A model generated the notes under the pieces. It saw only the letters and a program-made list of their open reading frames with translations, did no database searches and was not told where the DNA came from. DNA of 63,088 nucleotides, the filler included, from Choristocarpus tenellus KU-1152 (taxonomy: Eukaryota > Protista > Phaeophyceae): NCBI GenBank assembly GCA_964200185.2. It is 11 parts of 11 records of this genome, joined end to end, with 100 filler letters (N's around TTAATTAATTAA, not from the genome) between each part and the next. Parts side by side here need not be neighbours in the genome. Positions count along the whole stretch, not along the records: positions 22,733 to 29,850 come from CAXNAD020006662.1; positions 29,951 to 34,245 come from CAXNAD020015243.1; positions 34,346 to 43,330 come from CAXNAD020004124.1; 8 more parts are not named here. One strand, 5' to 3'. This document shows positions 26,464-39,600 of this stretch, in pieces. Both the position numbers and the translations under genes were made by a program. Numbering within the stretch: position 1 is the first letter of the stretch; each line of letters begins with the position of its first letter.

Positions 26464-26638
26464 GACCCAAAGTACCTGGGGGGGGGGGTCTACGCCAGGG
26501 TGTCCATTTGGGTCATAACCAGGAAAAGTGCACATACATAATCCATCCGACGTATGCAACCAAATCACACAAAAATCGCAACATAAAAAAATTGGCCCCA
26601 AATGGACAGCCGCCACCCCCACCCAGATACTTTGAGCT
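26464..26638 (+). mobile_element. MITE family B (~175-180 bp, TIR core CAAAGTATCTGGGGG)
   Basis: gacccaaagtacctgggggg ... cccagatactttgagct. Homologous to the copies at 51001, 51631 and 52636. Confidence 0.88.
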
Positions 26639-27250
26639 GTATGCCCTAACCCTAATTATCATCTGTACGCCGCGTGAGCTCGTTGCCTGATTCACAAAGG
26701 GAACAGTCCTCCTCGATTTTTCGTGCTTTGATGAAATAAGGTGCAGTGTCTATGAGGAAAGAAAGTTCTTCATAATTACCTACTCCAGATGTTGTGCCTT
26801 TGGAAACAAAGAAAAAGTGGAAAAAATATGTAGAGCATTATTTTAGATACTACTGGAGTGGTGTAGTGTTTGTTGCTTCAAAGTAAAAGTTGTGGGGGTG
26901 TGGAGTACGGGTAGGGGTGGGGGGTCTTCCGGGGCAGACATTCACGAGACTATCACAGGACTCCCTCAAAAAACGACCACAAAAGTGAGCAGAGTTGTCC
27001 TTGAACATTTCCTGTTGGTTGATTTCATATAGTTGAACCTTGAACTAGTTAATTTGTGATTCTGGAAATAGTGTACAACATTGTTATTGGGACTGACCTA
27101 AGAAATATCTGTAACAATGTAAATTTTCTCGCAATTGTCTGGTCCTGACATGTGCCTGGTACCACACCTGCATTCACTGAGCATCACGATGCTATTACTT
27201 TGGGCATCCCACAGCAGCCCTTTCTCCCTCCCTCTAATGGGAATATACAG

Positions 27251-27327
27251 ATGCACAAGTTTTTTAAGGCAATCGGTGTGGACCTTCCACTTGGGGCTGT
27301 GATCAGAGTGGTCGAGACCATCAGCAG
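27251..27327 (+). CDS. Calmodulin-like protein exon
   Basis: CAG|MHKFFKAIGVDLPLGAVIRVVETIS(S)|GTACA. Parallels calmodulin [21 protein letters not shown]. Phase 0-2. Confidence 0.75.
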
Positions 27328-28098
27328 GTACAATTATGTACAAATACTGGGCTTATCTCATTATTTTGAGCAGCATACCCCCAGACTCTTATGTATCTTT
27401 AACCCTCCATGTGATTTCCTACTACCCTGGTTTTAGCGTGTATACATAGTTATAGGTGTTTTGCTGGAACTCAGCCAATCGCTAGATGATTAATACACAG
27501 CCAGTTGCAGGATAAACTAGTCTGAGGATATTTTTTCTCCTATTAATTAGGACTAGTGACTTTCACGTGGTCCAAGAATTTCAAGGGTCACAAATTTTGT
27601 CCAAAAATTGGAGATTGCCTCTGACAAAACAAATGGGGGTTCTGCTTGTCGGCATGACAGTACGAGGTATTGCCACTTTTGGCCACACAGTCAAATCGTA
27701 CTGCCCACTCTGCTATCACTCTACTATATACTCTGTTCCAGACAGCGATCTTGGCAGGGCTATCACAATGTGTTCCACGAAAAGAGAATTGCAGGGTCAG
27801 AGTCAGGGCCAGGGCTTTGGATAACAAAGGATTATTCATAGTTTGAACCACCTCAAGCAAGAGAGGGCCTTGAAATATATTAATATATCACTCCTGTAGA
27901 TATCACTGTGAAGATGATTACCTCTCAACACACTCTATGTGACACACACATATAATATTCTGTCCTTGTGTCTGAACCCCACCAACCCTCTCTCGCAGCC
28001 TGCCGTGCACGCATATGTGTTTGCCCCCAAGTGCAATGCGCCTGTTGATTAATATTTTACCCCACCTGCCTCCCTTGTCCTTGACCTTCGACCACCAG

Positions 28099-28191
28099 TG
28101 ATGGAGACCCCTTCATGTATGAGAAAGAACTAGTTGACTACATCAAATCGAAATTGAAGCCGGGAGTATCAAGTGGCATGCATGGGATGAG
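28099..28191 (+). CDS. Calmodulin-like protein exon with EF4; may extend to the TGA at 28277-28279
   Basis: CAG|(S)DGDPFMYEKELVDYIKSKLKPGVSSGMHGM. Phase 2 start matches the previous exon. Confidence 0.72.
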
Positions 28192-29583
28192 GTGCATGAA
28201 AAGATCTTTTTACGAGCACTTCCAAGCTGTGACTGTTCACCACGCCATTCTGCAAAATACACCTCAGGACAAGATATGATTTGGACTTACTTATTGAGCT
28301 CAAGTCATGCCCCCTTCTTCTGCCCTAATGGACTATTTGCTTGGGAGGATGCATACTATATATTTGTTTCCTAGTCGTCTCAACTGATTGTCTCACCCAC
28401 ACTTGTCACCGTCACAATAGTTTCTCACCTGTCCACAAATAAACCCCCTTTGCTCCTTCACCTCCTACCAACCTCTACGTCAACATGCACCTTCTAACAA
28501 ATGTCTGCGACGAGCATAGTATCACACTGACTTGGTAAAAAAAGTGCAACACGAACTTCATCCTGAGTACCATAACAGCTTTATTTTGAGATAGAGTATT
28601 ATGTACAGCTTCAAAATGTCCGCTATGTTGATGAAGCCTACCCCTTGTTAAACCTCCAGATCCACACAACGAGTGGGAGCTGGGGAATCAACTCACCCAA
28701 GAGGAAGGCGAGGTGGGAGGAAGGATGAGTAAACGTACTTCCTGACCCGCAGAAGAAGAGTAACTTCTCTGGAGTGCATTTAATGAGGGCATTTCACCAA
28801 AATGAGTAGAAGTAATGGGATCAAGCCATGGGCCAGTCCTGGTGAATATGTGTTAACGGGAACTGTTCAGGGCAGTTAGACTTTCAATCGTACCAGGATG
28901 TGGGCTGGCCCCAGTGAAATACTAGTAGTATGCTTTCACACAGTCGGTCCAGGGTCGTAAGGGTTCGCAACCAGACTAGGGCGCAGGCTGGCCCTGGCGA
29001 AACATGGTTTAATATGGACAATCCGGGGTCGCCAAAGAGTATAACCGGACCTGACCATGGGCTTCCCTCAGCCCAGTTATAACATAGATGGTACAGAGCT
29101 GGCCTGGTCAGCTCTTAGTTCATCAAAGAATGATAAGCGAGTGTATCAGGTTAAGAGTATTTTAAAAGTGCGTTTTTCCACATACATTTGGGACAATTTG
29201 GGGTTCCACCAACATATCTTGACTGGGTAAGCCCGACCTGTTTAGTGTACTACTTTATCTGGGACTTTGAGAAATTTTAACCGAGCTGGGCTGTATACTG
29301 GCCCTAGAAGGAAAAACTGTGTTTAACAGAACTGGTTCAGGACCGCCAAAGTTTCAACCAGACAGGGCAGTGGACTGGTTTCCACGAGTTATGTTTTTAA
29401 TGGACCGGTCCGTGGCCATCAGAGAAGTGATCAGACCTGGCCATGGGCTGGCCTGTGGCCTTGGTCCAGGCAGGTGGTCCGGTGAAAAGCGCTGCACATA
29501 GTCTGTGCTCTGGTGCTCTCTTGTTAAGGGTCATCTGTTAGTTGATCCTGTGTTTGTGTCGTTAAGACAGCTCTCCCTGTTAA

Positions 29584-29850
29584 GAGCCGATTTCAAAAAT
29601 TGAGGATGGAGCTTTTCATTGAGGATGGGCTTGACCCAAAAAGTACTGGGATAAAGTGTCGATATGTATTTTTTTTGTATATTATATACTATATATACTG
29701 GGATAAAGTGTCGATATGTATTTTTTTGTATATTATATACTATGTATACTGGGATAAAGTGTCGATATGTATTTTTTTTTTATTACATTTAAAAAAAAAT
29801 ACATATCGACACTTTATCCCAGTCAATTTTGGGTCAATCTCATTCTTCAT
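29584..29850. mobile_element. Foldback-like element end with 51-bp tandem units and an inverted copy
   Basis: tactgggataaagtgtcgatatgtattttttt occurs three times, then its reverse complement (~29790-29850). The left end resembles 19009-19051 (aaaattgaggatggagc). Confidence 0.6.
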
Positions 29851-29950
29851 NNNNNNNNNNNNNNNNNNNNNNNNNNNNNNNNNNNNNNNNNNNNTTAATT
29901 AATTAANNNNNNNNNNNNNNNNNNNNNNNNNNNNNNNNNNNNNNNNNNNN

Positions 29951-32900
29951 ACCAGTGGTGTCTATAGTGTATCAGCAGCACTATCTACGAACAGGTGGCT
30001 GGAGGGTTAGATAGGTTAGAAGGGGTTGTCTTGCGGCTTTGGCATGATTGACATGTTTCACACCAAGCTCGAACATCTTTATGTAAAGTGCGCCACAAAA
30101 ACGGTCACGAATCCGGTCAAAAGTGTGCTTGAATGCAAGGTGTCCTAAGACCTTATGGTCATGAAGAGCATGGAGTATTAAACCTTGTACCTTAGTGGGT
30201 ATCACTAATTGATCTCAGAATATATCGTTCTTTCGAAGGTGACCGGGTTGATACGATTTGTATAACATCTGTTTGCCTTACATTTCTTGTATGAAAAAGT
30301 AAGACATGGTATACATTGTTTCGTTTTTTGATAAGAGGGCTTTTTCTGGATTAGCCAAATATTTGAAATAGTCTCCAAATTGAGCTTGTCGAACTTTGAA
30401 TAGTACTTCACAAGATCCACTGTTGGGAAAACATTGACGGCGCTAGTGAATAGTCCCGTATCGTCTTGTACTCTGGTAATTTCACCTAGTTTATCCACTG
30501 ATAGATCATATGCAGGGTGAACCTTGGGTGTGGAGACATCCGACTCTGTTTGGCCTATATTGCGGCACAGTGGGGCTAGCGGAAGTGGTGTTTCCTCCAA
30601 CATAAATGCCTCTAACCGTGTCCGGGATAACATATCCGGAATATAATGTAAACGTCCCGGTTTATGTAAGACTGTGAAGTCAAACACTTGCAAGTGACAC
30701 CACGGGCTCGGTTATTGTAACCAAATGGGGAATACATTTCCTAACAAAACGTTCATGGAACCTAGAAAGGATTGTAATTCGTTCACAGATTTAGAGGCTT
30801 TCATAGCGGTAATAGCCTAGATTCGATCTGGTGACACAGCAATACCACTGGGGCTGACTTCATATTCCAAATAATGAATTGATTTTGAGCCAAATTTGCC
30901 TTTAGATGGTTTGAGGGTAAAACTCCTACTTGCCGCAGTAACGACAATGTGCTCTCAAGAAGTTGGATATGATGGTTCCACGTTGGGGAGGCTAGTACAA
31001 TATCGTCAAGATAAATCAGTAAGCCCATACTCGATCCTAGAGTCGAAAATGTTTCCGACATGAAGCGTTGATATATCTATGGTGCGTTAGCAACACCAAA
31101 GGGTAGCCGTTTGAATTCGTATTTTCCATCCTGTGAGACAAAGGCAGTTTTTTGGCATTCGCTGGCATCGGTGATGGGTAGTTGCCAGTAGGCTGACTGA
31201 ACATCGAGACACGACAGGTATTTTTCTCCCTCCCTAGTGTACCCAAACAATCTCCCATAGATGGTAACGGCCAGGAATTACGTCCCAATTTTTTGTTCAA
31301 TGAGAGCCTAAAGTCTACACAGAATCGAGGAGACCCACAGATTTTGTAACTATGGTTACCGGTGACGCTCAAGGACTTGAGGAGGATTGAATTATTCCCT
31401 GATTTTCCATATCCTCCACACAACTACGGATTGTTTGAGGTATTTTGGGTGCTGTCCGATATGGTGGAAGATTCACGGGAACTGTACCTGGTTTAAGTGA
31501 AAATACAGGTCGATATTTAGCAACAAGGTCAAGTAGTTCTTCTTGTTCCTTATCAGATAACACTGTATCTACCAGAGCTTTTTTACCGAAAACTTCTTTA
31601 ACTCATCACGGGCTTATTTTAGTCCCTCTGGAGTGTTCGGAGTAGCCGCTATGGTACTGGTCTGTGCTTCAGAAACGGTGTGAATTTGATCCACTGGTGC
31701 TATATGACCTACAACAAATTGAGGAGGTATCTTAACACCATGGTTGGAAGGGTTGGCAATTTTGACTAGGCAAGATCCATCCTCTTTCCAAACAATTAAA
31801 GACCGACTGACCATGATATCTTTCTATGGAGAGTAGTGATGTTCCTGGTTGATGAAGTCCATGCTCGTCCTGACAATGGGCTCCACTACAGCGTCTTTGG
31901 CTGATCAAGGAAAGGCCTGAGAACACAATGAAACAACAGTTTCGGTTCTAGGGGATAAATTTGTTTTGTGTCTTACCAACCAAATTATCTTAGAGGGTAG
32001 ATCCGAGTCCATTTGGGAACCACAATCCAATGTTGCGATTTTGATGTAATTTTGACTATCGTGTTTGTTAGGAAGTGTCAATATCCATGTTCCGGACACA
32101 CCTCTTCATAACGTATATGCATTTTACCCACTCCGAACCATTTTTGAGTACGTGAAAGTCATAAAAAAAAACATGGGAAGCCAAGTTCCAAATGGACAAA
32201 CAGGGAAAAACTCGTACCCTCTAAGATTCTTTTACTCTTACATGTACAGGTGTGGTGAACTCAGTTGAAACTGTAGCCACTATCATATCTGCGGAGAAGG
32301 TTTGAGCAATATTTTGACTTATGGTTGATGGATTAACAATGGGTATAGGATAATTTTTTTGAGTGGCTGGAGTGCAAACTGTGCTCCCAGAAAATGTTAT
32401 TTCTTCTCTATCCCCATCCAACTTCGCTCCAAAAGTAGCTATGATACTGTTGTCCAGAAGTATTTTGTCAACATCTAGGGAGGGTAGAACAACTGCTTGA
32501 ACACAGGTAGCGTTTTATTTCCCAAGGTGAACTAAAATGGAATAAAGTCATACACTTGCAAAGGTCTTCCCCTAGCCCCTATTAAATGTAAGGCACCATC
32601 TGGTATAGGACTGATGTGAGCAGAACAAAGGGTGGGATGAGCTTGCATGTAACAACAGCTTATGACCGGGATGTCAGTTGCGGTATCAACCCTGATGTGT
32701 GAAACTGAATCATCATCAAATTGCCAGGAATCGATACTCGACGAGATGAAACCTGCAAGGTACTAGGGTGGTTAGGGTAATGCTGAGTTGCAGATGTATG
32801 CCAACAACACACTGACTTGGTGCAACACAATCGGGATGCTACGAAGTCTTCACCCACTGTTCCAATACATTTCGAAGAGTGCTTCACTGCCGAGGATGTT

Positions 32901-33900
32901 ATTGCATTAACAAAATGAGTCTGAGGCAGTGGATTGTAATTTGGCCATTTTGAGTGATTAACCATTGTAAGTGTTTTCACTGCAGGGTTGGAGCCCAAAG
33001 AATTGTTAGAAGGATGTTATTGAGACAGTGTTTGTTGAAATACATCATCAGGTGGCCGTTTGGCGAACAACCTGGCTGGTTGTCCACTTCTGGGTCGGAT
33101 CCCAAAGAAGTATTGCAATAATCTGGGGTAGGCAGGTGTTGCCCAAGTCTTGCTTAGCCTATCTGAGTGGCAATTTGTCGCAACATTGCCCACTGCTGGT
33201 AAGGAAACCAATGGAATATTAGAAAAGCGTCACCGAGACATTTATTGATCAAGTGCGCATCATTAGTTAGCCTATTTGAGTGACAACCTATCAACACAGG
33301 TTTGTTCACAACTGGGTAGGGTACCATGAACTAGGAAAGGAAAAAAAAAAGTCCTTTAATCAGACACTGCTACGCCTTGTCTCCCTCCTTTATCTGCCTC
33401 AAATAATTTGATATCTTTAATGCCCTTGATAGAAAGGATTTTCACCGTAAATGGCGGCTAGAACGACGTGCTGTACTTATCTGTCTATGAGAGACTTCAA
33501 CCAGGTCGAACGTGGCTGCCAGGATTGAGACGGCTCGCTCGAAATCATGAAGGCTGCCACGTATCAAGTCTCTGAGTATGTATGTACTGACTGGCATTAT
33601 CTTCTATGACTTCCATCAAGACTTCATGTTCCTCTCCGATTTCGCTCCAAACCGCAACCTGATACCCTGATGGTGTATCAAAATGGAAAGGGGCCCTGAT
33701 TTTTCCGTCGCCTCCCTTTCTTGCTTCTGTGAGTCTCCCAGGGTATGCCTTCGACTAAATCCGTCGTAAGGATTGCGGGTGTGCTAGGTGGGTTTGGTGG
33801 AGGTGACAAAATCTTATCTAGAGAAGGGTGAGTATTGCCTTTGCATCCACTCAAACTCGTGCTTGTCTTCGGTCGCATTTTTGTTTATGTTGCTATGATA
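29951..33900 (-). mobile_element. Degenerate Ty3/Gypsy LTR retrotransposon (PR-RT-RH-INT order), internally deleted
   Basis: PVNLPPYRTAPK, IQSSSSP, PRFCVDFR..LNK, PLP, PFG, LLIYLDDIVL, LQSFLG, LQVFDFTVLHKPGRLH..PDMLSR, and integrase zinc finger HDHKVLGHLAFKHTFDRIRDRF..C..CQ. Many stops and frameshifts. The 5' (gag) boundary is approximate. Confidence 0.9.
31977..32237 (-). mobile_element. MITE family A inserted in the Gypsy pol region, TSD TTAC
   Basis: Inverted full-length copy. TTAC at 31973-31976 and 32238-32241. Confidence 0.92.
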
Positions 33901-35090
33901 TGGACTTCTAACTTGGTGAATTCTCCTTTAGACTGTCGGCGTGTGTACCACTGTTACGAGGCAGGGTTCATCCTGTCGTGGAGGGTGTTCAAAATCACCA
34001 GTTGTGTCATGCTGGGGTGCTTCCAGCAAACCCTAAGCTCTCTCGGACATCAAATATCAGGAAAAGATTTGATGGGGTATCAGATCCGGCGGGTGATATC
34101 ACACATTTTTTGTGAATGTTCAACCGTAAGTGGTCTGAGGGTCCTCAAAATTTTCTGTGTTTGATGTTGGCGGGAAAGTCACCACTAATGACAAGGAAAT
34201 GTGCGCGCAATGCACTTGTGTGCGGGGCCAAAGTATCTGGGGGGGNNNNNNNNNNNNNNNNNNNNNNNNNNNNNNNNNNNNNNNNNNNNTTAATTAATTA
34301 ANNNNNNNNNNNNNNNNNNNNNNNNNNNNNNNNNNNNNNNNNNNNCAAATGGACAGCCGCCACCCCCTCCCAGATACTTTGAGTCTATTACCTTATAGAA
34401 CATACTACGCATTCCATACGTCAGTCGTTTAGTGGGTAAGAACAGGGGACAAGGACAGGTGGGGACCATCGTTTAGTGTCGGTCATTTGTAGTTTTGATG
34501 CTGCAATTAAATTTTAGTGTGCTTGGCATGTCGTGGCCATTGTTAGGCCCGTTTTCTATGTGGGTGGAACCAGATAATCACCTACTACCTCGAATACTCA
34601 TGCATTTTGAGGAAGAACTCCTTAAAATCAGGTGCATGTATTTATTGTGTATGTTTAATGCAATAATCACCTAAACACCTCACCCGACACTTGATAGTAC
34701 TTCCCACCCACATACATTTGTAAATGTATGTTGTTGTGGGGGGTGGGAAAAAAGAAACATAAAAAGACAGAGAATGCAACAAATACAACAACTGACTCTG
34801 CCTGTTGTACTGCTTACTATAGTTTAATTCTTTTTTGTACTCCAACAAATGTGTAGCACTAATAGTGGTTTGTAGTATACTTCAAAGTACCTAATATTTG
34901 AAGAGAACAAATAATATGCACCTTCTCAATTTTCAATAGTAATTAGATGCAAGTATGTCTCTCTGAAAACAAGGAACACGTGGTGATCCGCACAGCAAAA
35001 CTGAGCTACTCCAAGACTGGCACTATGAAGGCAGTCTAAATAGGAGTAAGGAAAGAATCCCTGTGGTGAGTCAGGTCCTGCCTCACTCAC

Positions 35091-38000
35091 CAGCCTTTTT
35101 GTCTCCATCTTAAAACATGTGACACATCTTGGGATGCCATTTCCGACACAATCTGTCACAGGCACGCCTTCACCAACCAGGCTCTTCCTGCTAAAACAGA
35201 CTTTAATTGAGTAGATTTATTAGGTGTGCACACATACGTATCAGAAGTTTTCAACAGTCCTTGTTCTAAACTGTCCTTCTTCGTAGTGGTAGACTAGGGC
35301 TAATCTCAGCTGTGTGTAATCGCGATATCTTTCTTGATTTCGGATACTACTGTACAATTAATTGTTTTGTGTTTTAGTTGTTCGAAAGGCGCTGATTTCT
35401 TGTGGTCAGAAAAGTTACAATTCTAGTACTGCAACTACTTCTTGTTGCCAGTGTGTACATTTGTACAGGAAGGCCTGCATCGTAAGCAATATATTCTCTG
35501 TCGTAATCGTTGCCTCTTGTCCCATCCATGAGAAGGTACAACTTATCTACAATTAATAAATGGTGGTGGGAACAAAATATAAATCTTTGTGACAGGTGGT
35601 GGGGGGGTTTTATTCACCCAGGTGGCGATTTTTGCTCAGGAGTATAGTGGACCCCCAAAATAATCAGTTTCGTACGTATTGAATGATGGCGAGAAGGGGC
35701 ATACAAGATGACAGCATAAAAAATACTCTATACCTCGAAGTATCTGATACATCACACGAGTACAGAATTCAACGATACCGAAGATTCCAGAAAGAGAGGT
35801 AAAAAAATATGCGAAAGCACAAATACTCATTAAACTACTGCAGTCAAAGACGTTCCGAAGGGAATGCATCGACATATTACCTTCACCCCCGCTCCCTCTC
35901 TGGTCTCGTAACGAAGTATCTGCATAGCGCCACAGGTCCCTCAGCAGACATACGAACTCCAATGCATTACCAAACAGCGCCATTATAACCTTTTGCGAAG
36001 TGATACGATATACTGATAGTAGTACAAGATGGTGAATAGCAGGGTGTAAGTAGAGTATTCCAGACATGCTGTAAATTGTCTTCTTAACATCATTGCTGAA
36101 GTACAGCAAAGAGTTTTCTTCGACCTGCAGAACCTGAGAAAATTTGTATTGCCAACCTCAAGGTGGAAATCTACAAACATATTGCATTTCAAGAAGGTCG
36201 AAAGAAATACTAGCCCTTTTCTTCCAACCAAGAAAAGGCAAGATGAAGGTTGTACGATAAATTCAGGAAAAGTGGGAAGAACTGGATGCAGGGCAAAAAT
36301 GTAATACTGTATGTATTTTGAGCCGGTTAAGGGTCTGATCTCAGCAACGAGAGGTATATTATATGATAAGAAGATCGCCAATCCAAGTAAAGTGGTTTTA
36401 GATGTACCTGAAAAGGTACCAGCTGTGTGTAGTAGTATGCACAGGGGGCTTAAGTTAAGTTGCTCCATCCACGATCACACAAGAATGACACTTCTCCTAC
36501 TTCCATGGTTGGTGTGTGGGTCAATCATGTGCGGTCTGTTCCCAGCCTCGAATGTTCCCTGACTGAAACCCTCCCAAATTCATCTCCTACAGGAAGTTCA
36601 TGTAGTCGCCGATTCTATTCACAATGCACTGATTCTTCCAATGCCGCGTGGAGGTCCCTTCTAGTTGTCATCATTGGCCATACACGCGGAGCCTCTTGAA
36701 TGCTTAGGGCATATTTGAGGAGGAAAACATTATAGTCTTTAGTAAGAATATCTTGCATGCGCATACTCTGCACGTGCAAAGAGACAAAGTAAACCAGAGG
36801 TACCCAGGTTTTGGGTGTTTCACATTTCAAGCCACTTTTTGACCTTTGCTATTCGTCCTTGCTTCTATGGTTGAAGTACCAAGATTGACACGAGAGCAGT
36901 GTTGATTTCTCTGCTGTATTAAAAATTTCGACAGAATATTTGAAACCTCCTATACGCATTCTTACAAAAAGTCGAGTTTTGTACAAAATTGTGTCAGCAT
37001 CCTTCATGTGCAACCCCGGGTACCTCTCGTTTACTTTGACTCAAACCCATCCAGTGCTTCTAGACAAATGATTTCTACCCTATAGATATCAGCACAAGCC
37101 ACACTCCACGGGAATGTTTATGTATGGCCCCACCCTTGATACCTTTCATTTTCTTCACAACAAGATCAACGTACTTGCCGCCCTGTTTATTCTACTATTT
37201 TCACAAGACACAAGGATCTAGGAAGGATATCCAGCAGATAAGAGCCAAAGTATCTCGGAGGGTTGGGCTGCGTCCATTTGGGTCCAGAATCCATTGTTTC
37301 GATTTTGACGTAATTTTGGCTATTGTGTTTATTTGGATATGCCAATATCCTTGTTTCGGACACAACTTTTCATAACGTATACATTTAACCTACTCCGAAA
37401 CATTTTGGAGTAGGAAAATGTCATTAAAAAATACATGGGAAGCCATGGGCCAAATGGACAAACAGGGCAAAACTCGTACCATCTAAGATGCTTTCACTCA
37501 AAGTCTCTTTATGCACATACGCCCTCAAATAGCAAAAGATCAACAAGTATGTTGATCTCATAGTCAAGAAGACAGTGAAATGTACAGAGGTTGAGTCGTG
37601 TATGAGTATTCTCATGGAGTGTGATATATGTGCCGACTTGTAGGACAGAAAATATTCATCTACCTGTAACCTTTGCCAATTAGGTATATCCTCTTAACCA
37701 AGCAAGACACTGATGCGCTTGTGCCCATCTAAATGGCTCAGGACCTGGAACAACTTCTTAGATATGTCAAGTAGGCAGGCTTTCCCTCTAGACACACTCT
37801 ATGGTTCGAGTATCCTAACAACATCTGTGTACTCTGATATGCATGCTTTTCAGTTAACTTCCCTCAACATCTACATCCCACGCAGCATGCTTTTAACACA
37901 CCTGTAACTTAGCGCGTTCATTGGTTGATGGGTCGAGTAATCCATCATCGATATCTCAGGCAAGACAATACTTAAATGGGGAACCAGTACAAAAGGGCAT

Positions 38001-38270
38001 CTCACACGTGCCCAAGAGGGGCTGCCTAATAAAGAGAAATACACCATGCTACATTACTTACGCGTTGCAGCTTGAGAAAAATAATGACACGATAAATCTA
38101 CCCACCCACTTTTCGACATGGGTGGGAATGTGGAGGTCGAGGCATGGGAAGCACCTGCTGCTGTCGACCACCATGGAACTATTGCACCCTCTGCGGCTAT
38201 CGTTGCTAAATGCAAACAACGTCACATGGGCTCCAGATGCCAGAGCCGTCCAAGGGACTGAATTCGACAA
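35091..38270 (-). CDS. Candidate exons of an unknown gene; partial and unresolved
   Basis: CAG|KSLVGEGVPVTDCVGNGIPRCVTCFKMETKRL|GTGAGT (35091-35187). DLWRYADTSLRDQRGSGGE|GTAAT (~35881-35940) joins in phase to DKLYLLMDGTRGNDYDREYIAYDAG (~35467-35546). GC-rich open segment at ~38110-38270. Confidence 0.4.
36781..37042. mobile_element. MITE family C (262 bp, ~27-bp TIR GAG(A/T)CAAAGTAAAC(C/G)AGAGGTACCC)
   Basis: gagacaaagtaaaccagaggtacccag ... ccgggtacctctcgtttactttgactc. Flanks AAA / AAA. Second copy at 20017. Confidence 0.85.
37242..37499 (-). mobile_element. MITE family A
   Basis: Inverted full-length copy. TSD imperfect. Confidence 0.9.
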
Positions 38271-38370
38271 CTGAGAGTGGATTTGCCATGGTTATGCCTC
38301 CAAAGAAGAGGAACCAAGGGTGTGAAAGTTGAGCTTCATCCCCCTGCAATTAAATTATTTCACCGGTTTA

Positions 38371-38619
38371 GAGTGAAAGTATCTCAGAGGGTACGAGTTT
38401 TGCTCTGTTTCTCCATTGGGGACTTGGCTTCCCATAGGTTTTTTATGACATCTTCCCCCTCCGAAATGTTTCGAAGTAGGTTTAACGTATACGTTATGGG
38501 AAAATGTGTGTCCGGAACAAGGATATTGACACCTAACAAACCCGATAGCCAAAATTACATCAAAATTGCAACATTGGATTTTGGTCCCCAAACGGACGCG
38601 GTTCTACCCTCTAAGATAC
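38371..38619 (+). mobile_element. MITE family A, 3' TIR truncated
   Basis: gagtgaaagtatctcagaggg ... taccctctaagatac, followed by unrelated sequence. Confidence 0.88.
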
Positions 38620-38899
38620 CTATTATAGGAGGGAACTCTCACTCTACTCAATCACCAGCAGAGGGTTGGCAGCTGTTTCATTACAGGTCGTAGCACTACT
38701 TTGCACTGGAATCAACACTGCTAATTGTAGGTCATGTGTTCCATTCGACACAGGAGTTGGAGAATGTAACCAGAATAGGCTTTAACGGGCAGTACAGCTG
38801 GAAAAACTGAGGAGGTTCGGAGTCGTTGCCAGTTCCTTCTTACCTACATTTGATCTGCAGTATTAATATCGAATGGCAGCAAAAAAGCAAGGTGGTGAT

Positions 38900-39600
38900 T
38901 AGTACACTAGATTGTCTTAAACCACCAGGCGAATATTCCTATCTTTCCCACTCTATTATTGTCATCAATAAAGTGCCTACAAACAACCCGATCAGAGGAA
39001 GAGGAGCACCAGGGGGTGGGATAGCACTTGGGCGGATTTTGTGGGGTATGCCTCATGTCGATGATGCAGGGATTATCTCCAAGACCCGTCAAAAGGAGAT
39101 TTGGTAAGGATGACGACAATGTTTTTGAAGGTGGGTAGATCATTCGGTCTATCTGTTGTACGAATAGACTCCTCCAACTATAATGGATATCACTAGTAGT
39201 ATACATGCAGAGTCAGAATACAAGAATTATTAGTTGGTTGATCCATATTTGTTCTAGTATACGAACGGATAGTTAGCTGTACCCGCACTTCCATCACGAC
39301 AAATTCCTCCTCTGTTGTACAGGTCTCTGCAAACAGGAATGCACCGATCATGTCCTGTCCTACAAAATGCCCTTATGAAGACTGGGTGTGAGAGTATTGA
39401 GGCAATGCGTGCAAGTGGAGGCTCGTATTTGGTGGATCAATTCTCAAATGAGGGATGAATGACTCTCCAAGATATTGATGTTTCAGGAGGTTGAGATGAA
39501 AAACGGGATCAAGGCGGACAGGAGAAGAACTGGTGGACATGCCCCCAAGATGACCTTGACAAATTTGGGATTGAAATTGAGGGTTGAAGTGTGAAGGCCA
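38900..39600 (+). mobile_element. Decayed RTE-like LINE fragment
   Basis: LWGMPHVDDAGIISK (decayed LYADD catalytic motif) at ~39040-39085. LSKILMFQEV..RDQGGQEKNWWTCPQDDLDKFGI at ~39463-39572, typical of an RTE C-terminus. Confidence 0.7.
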
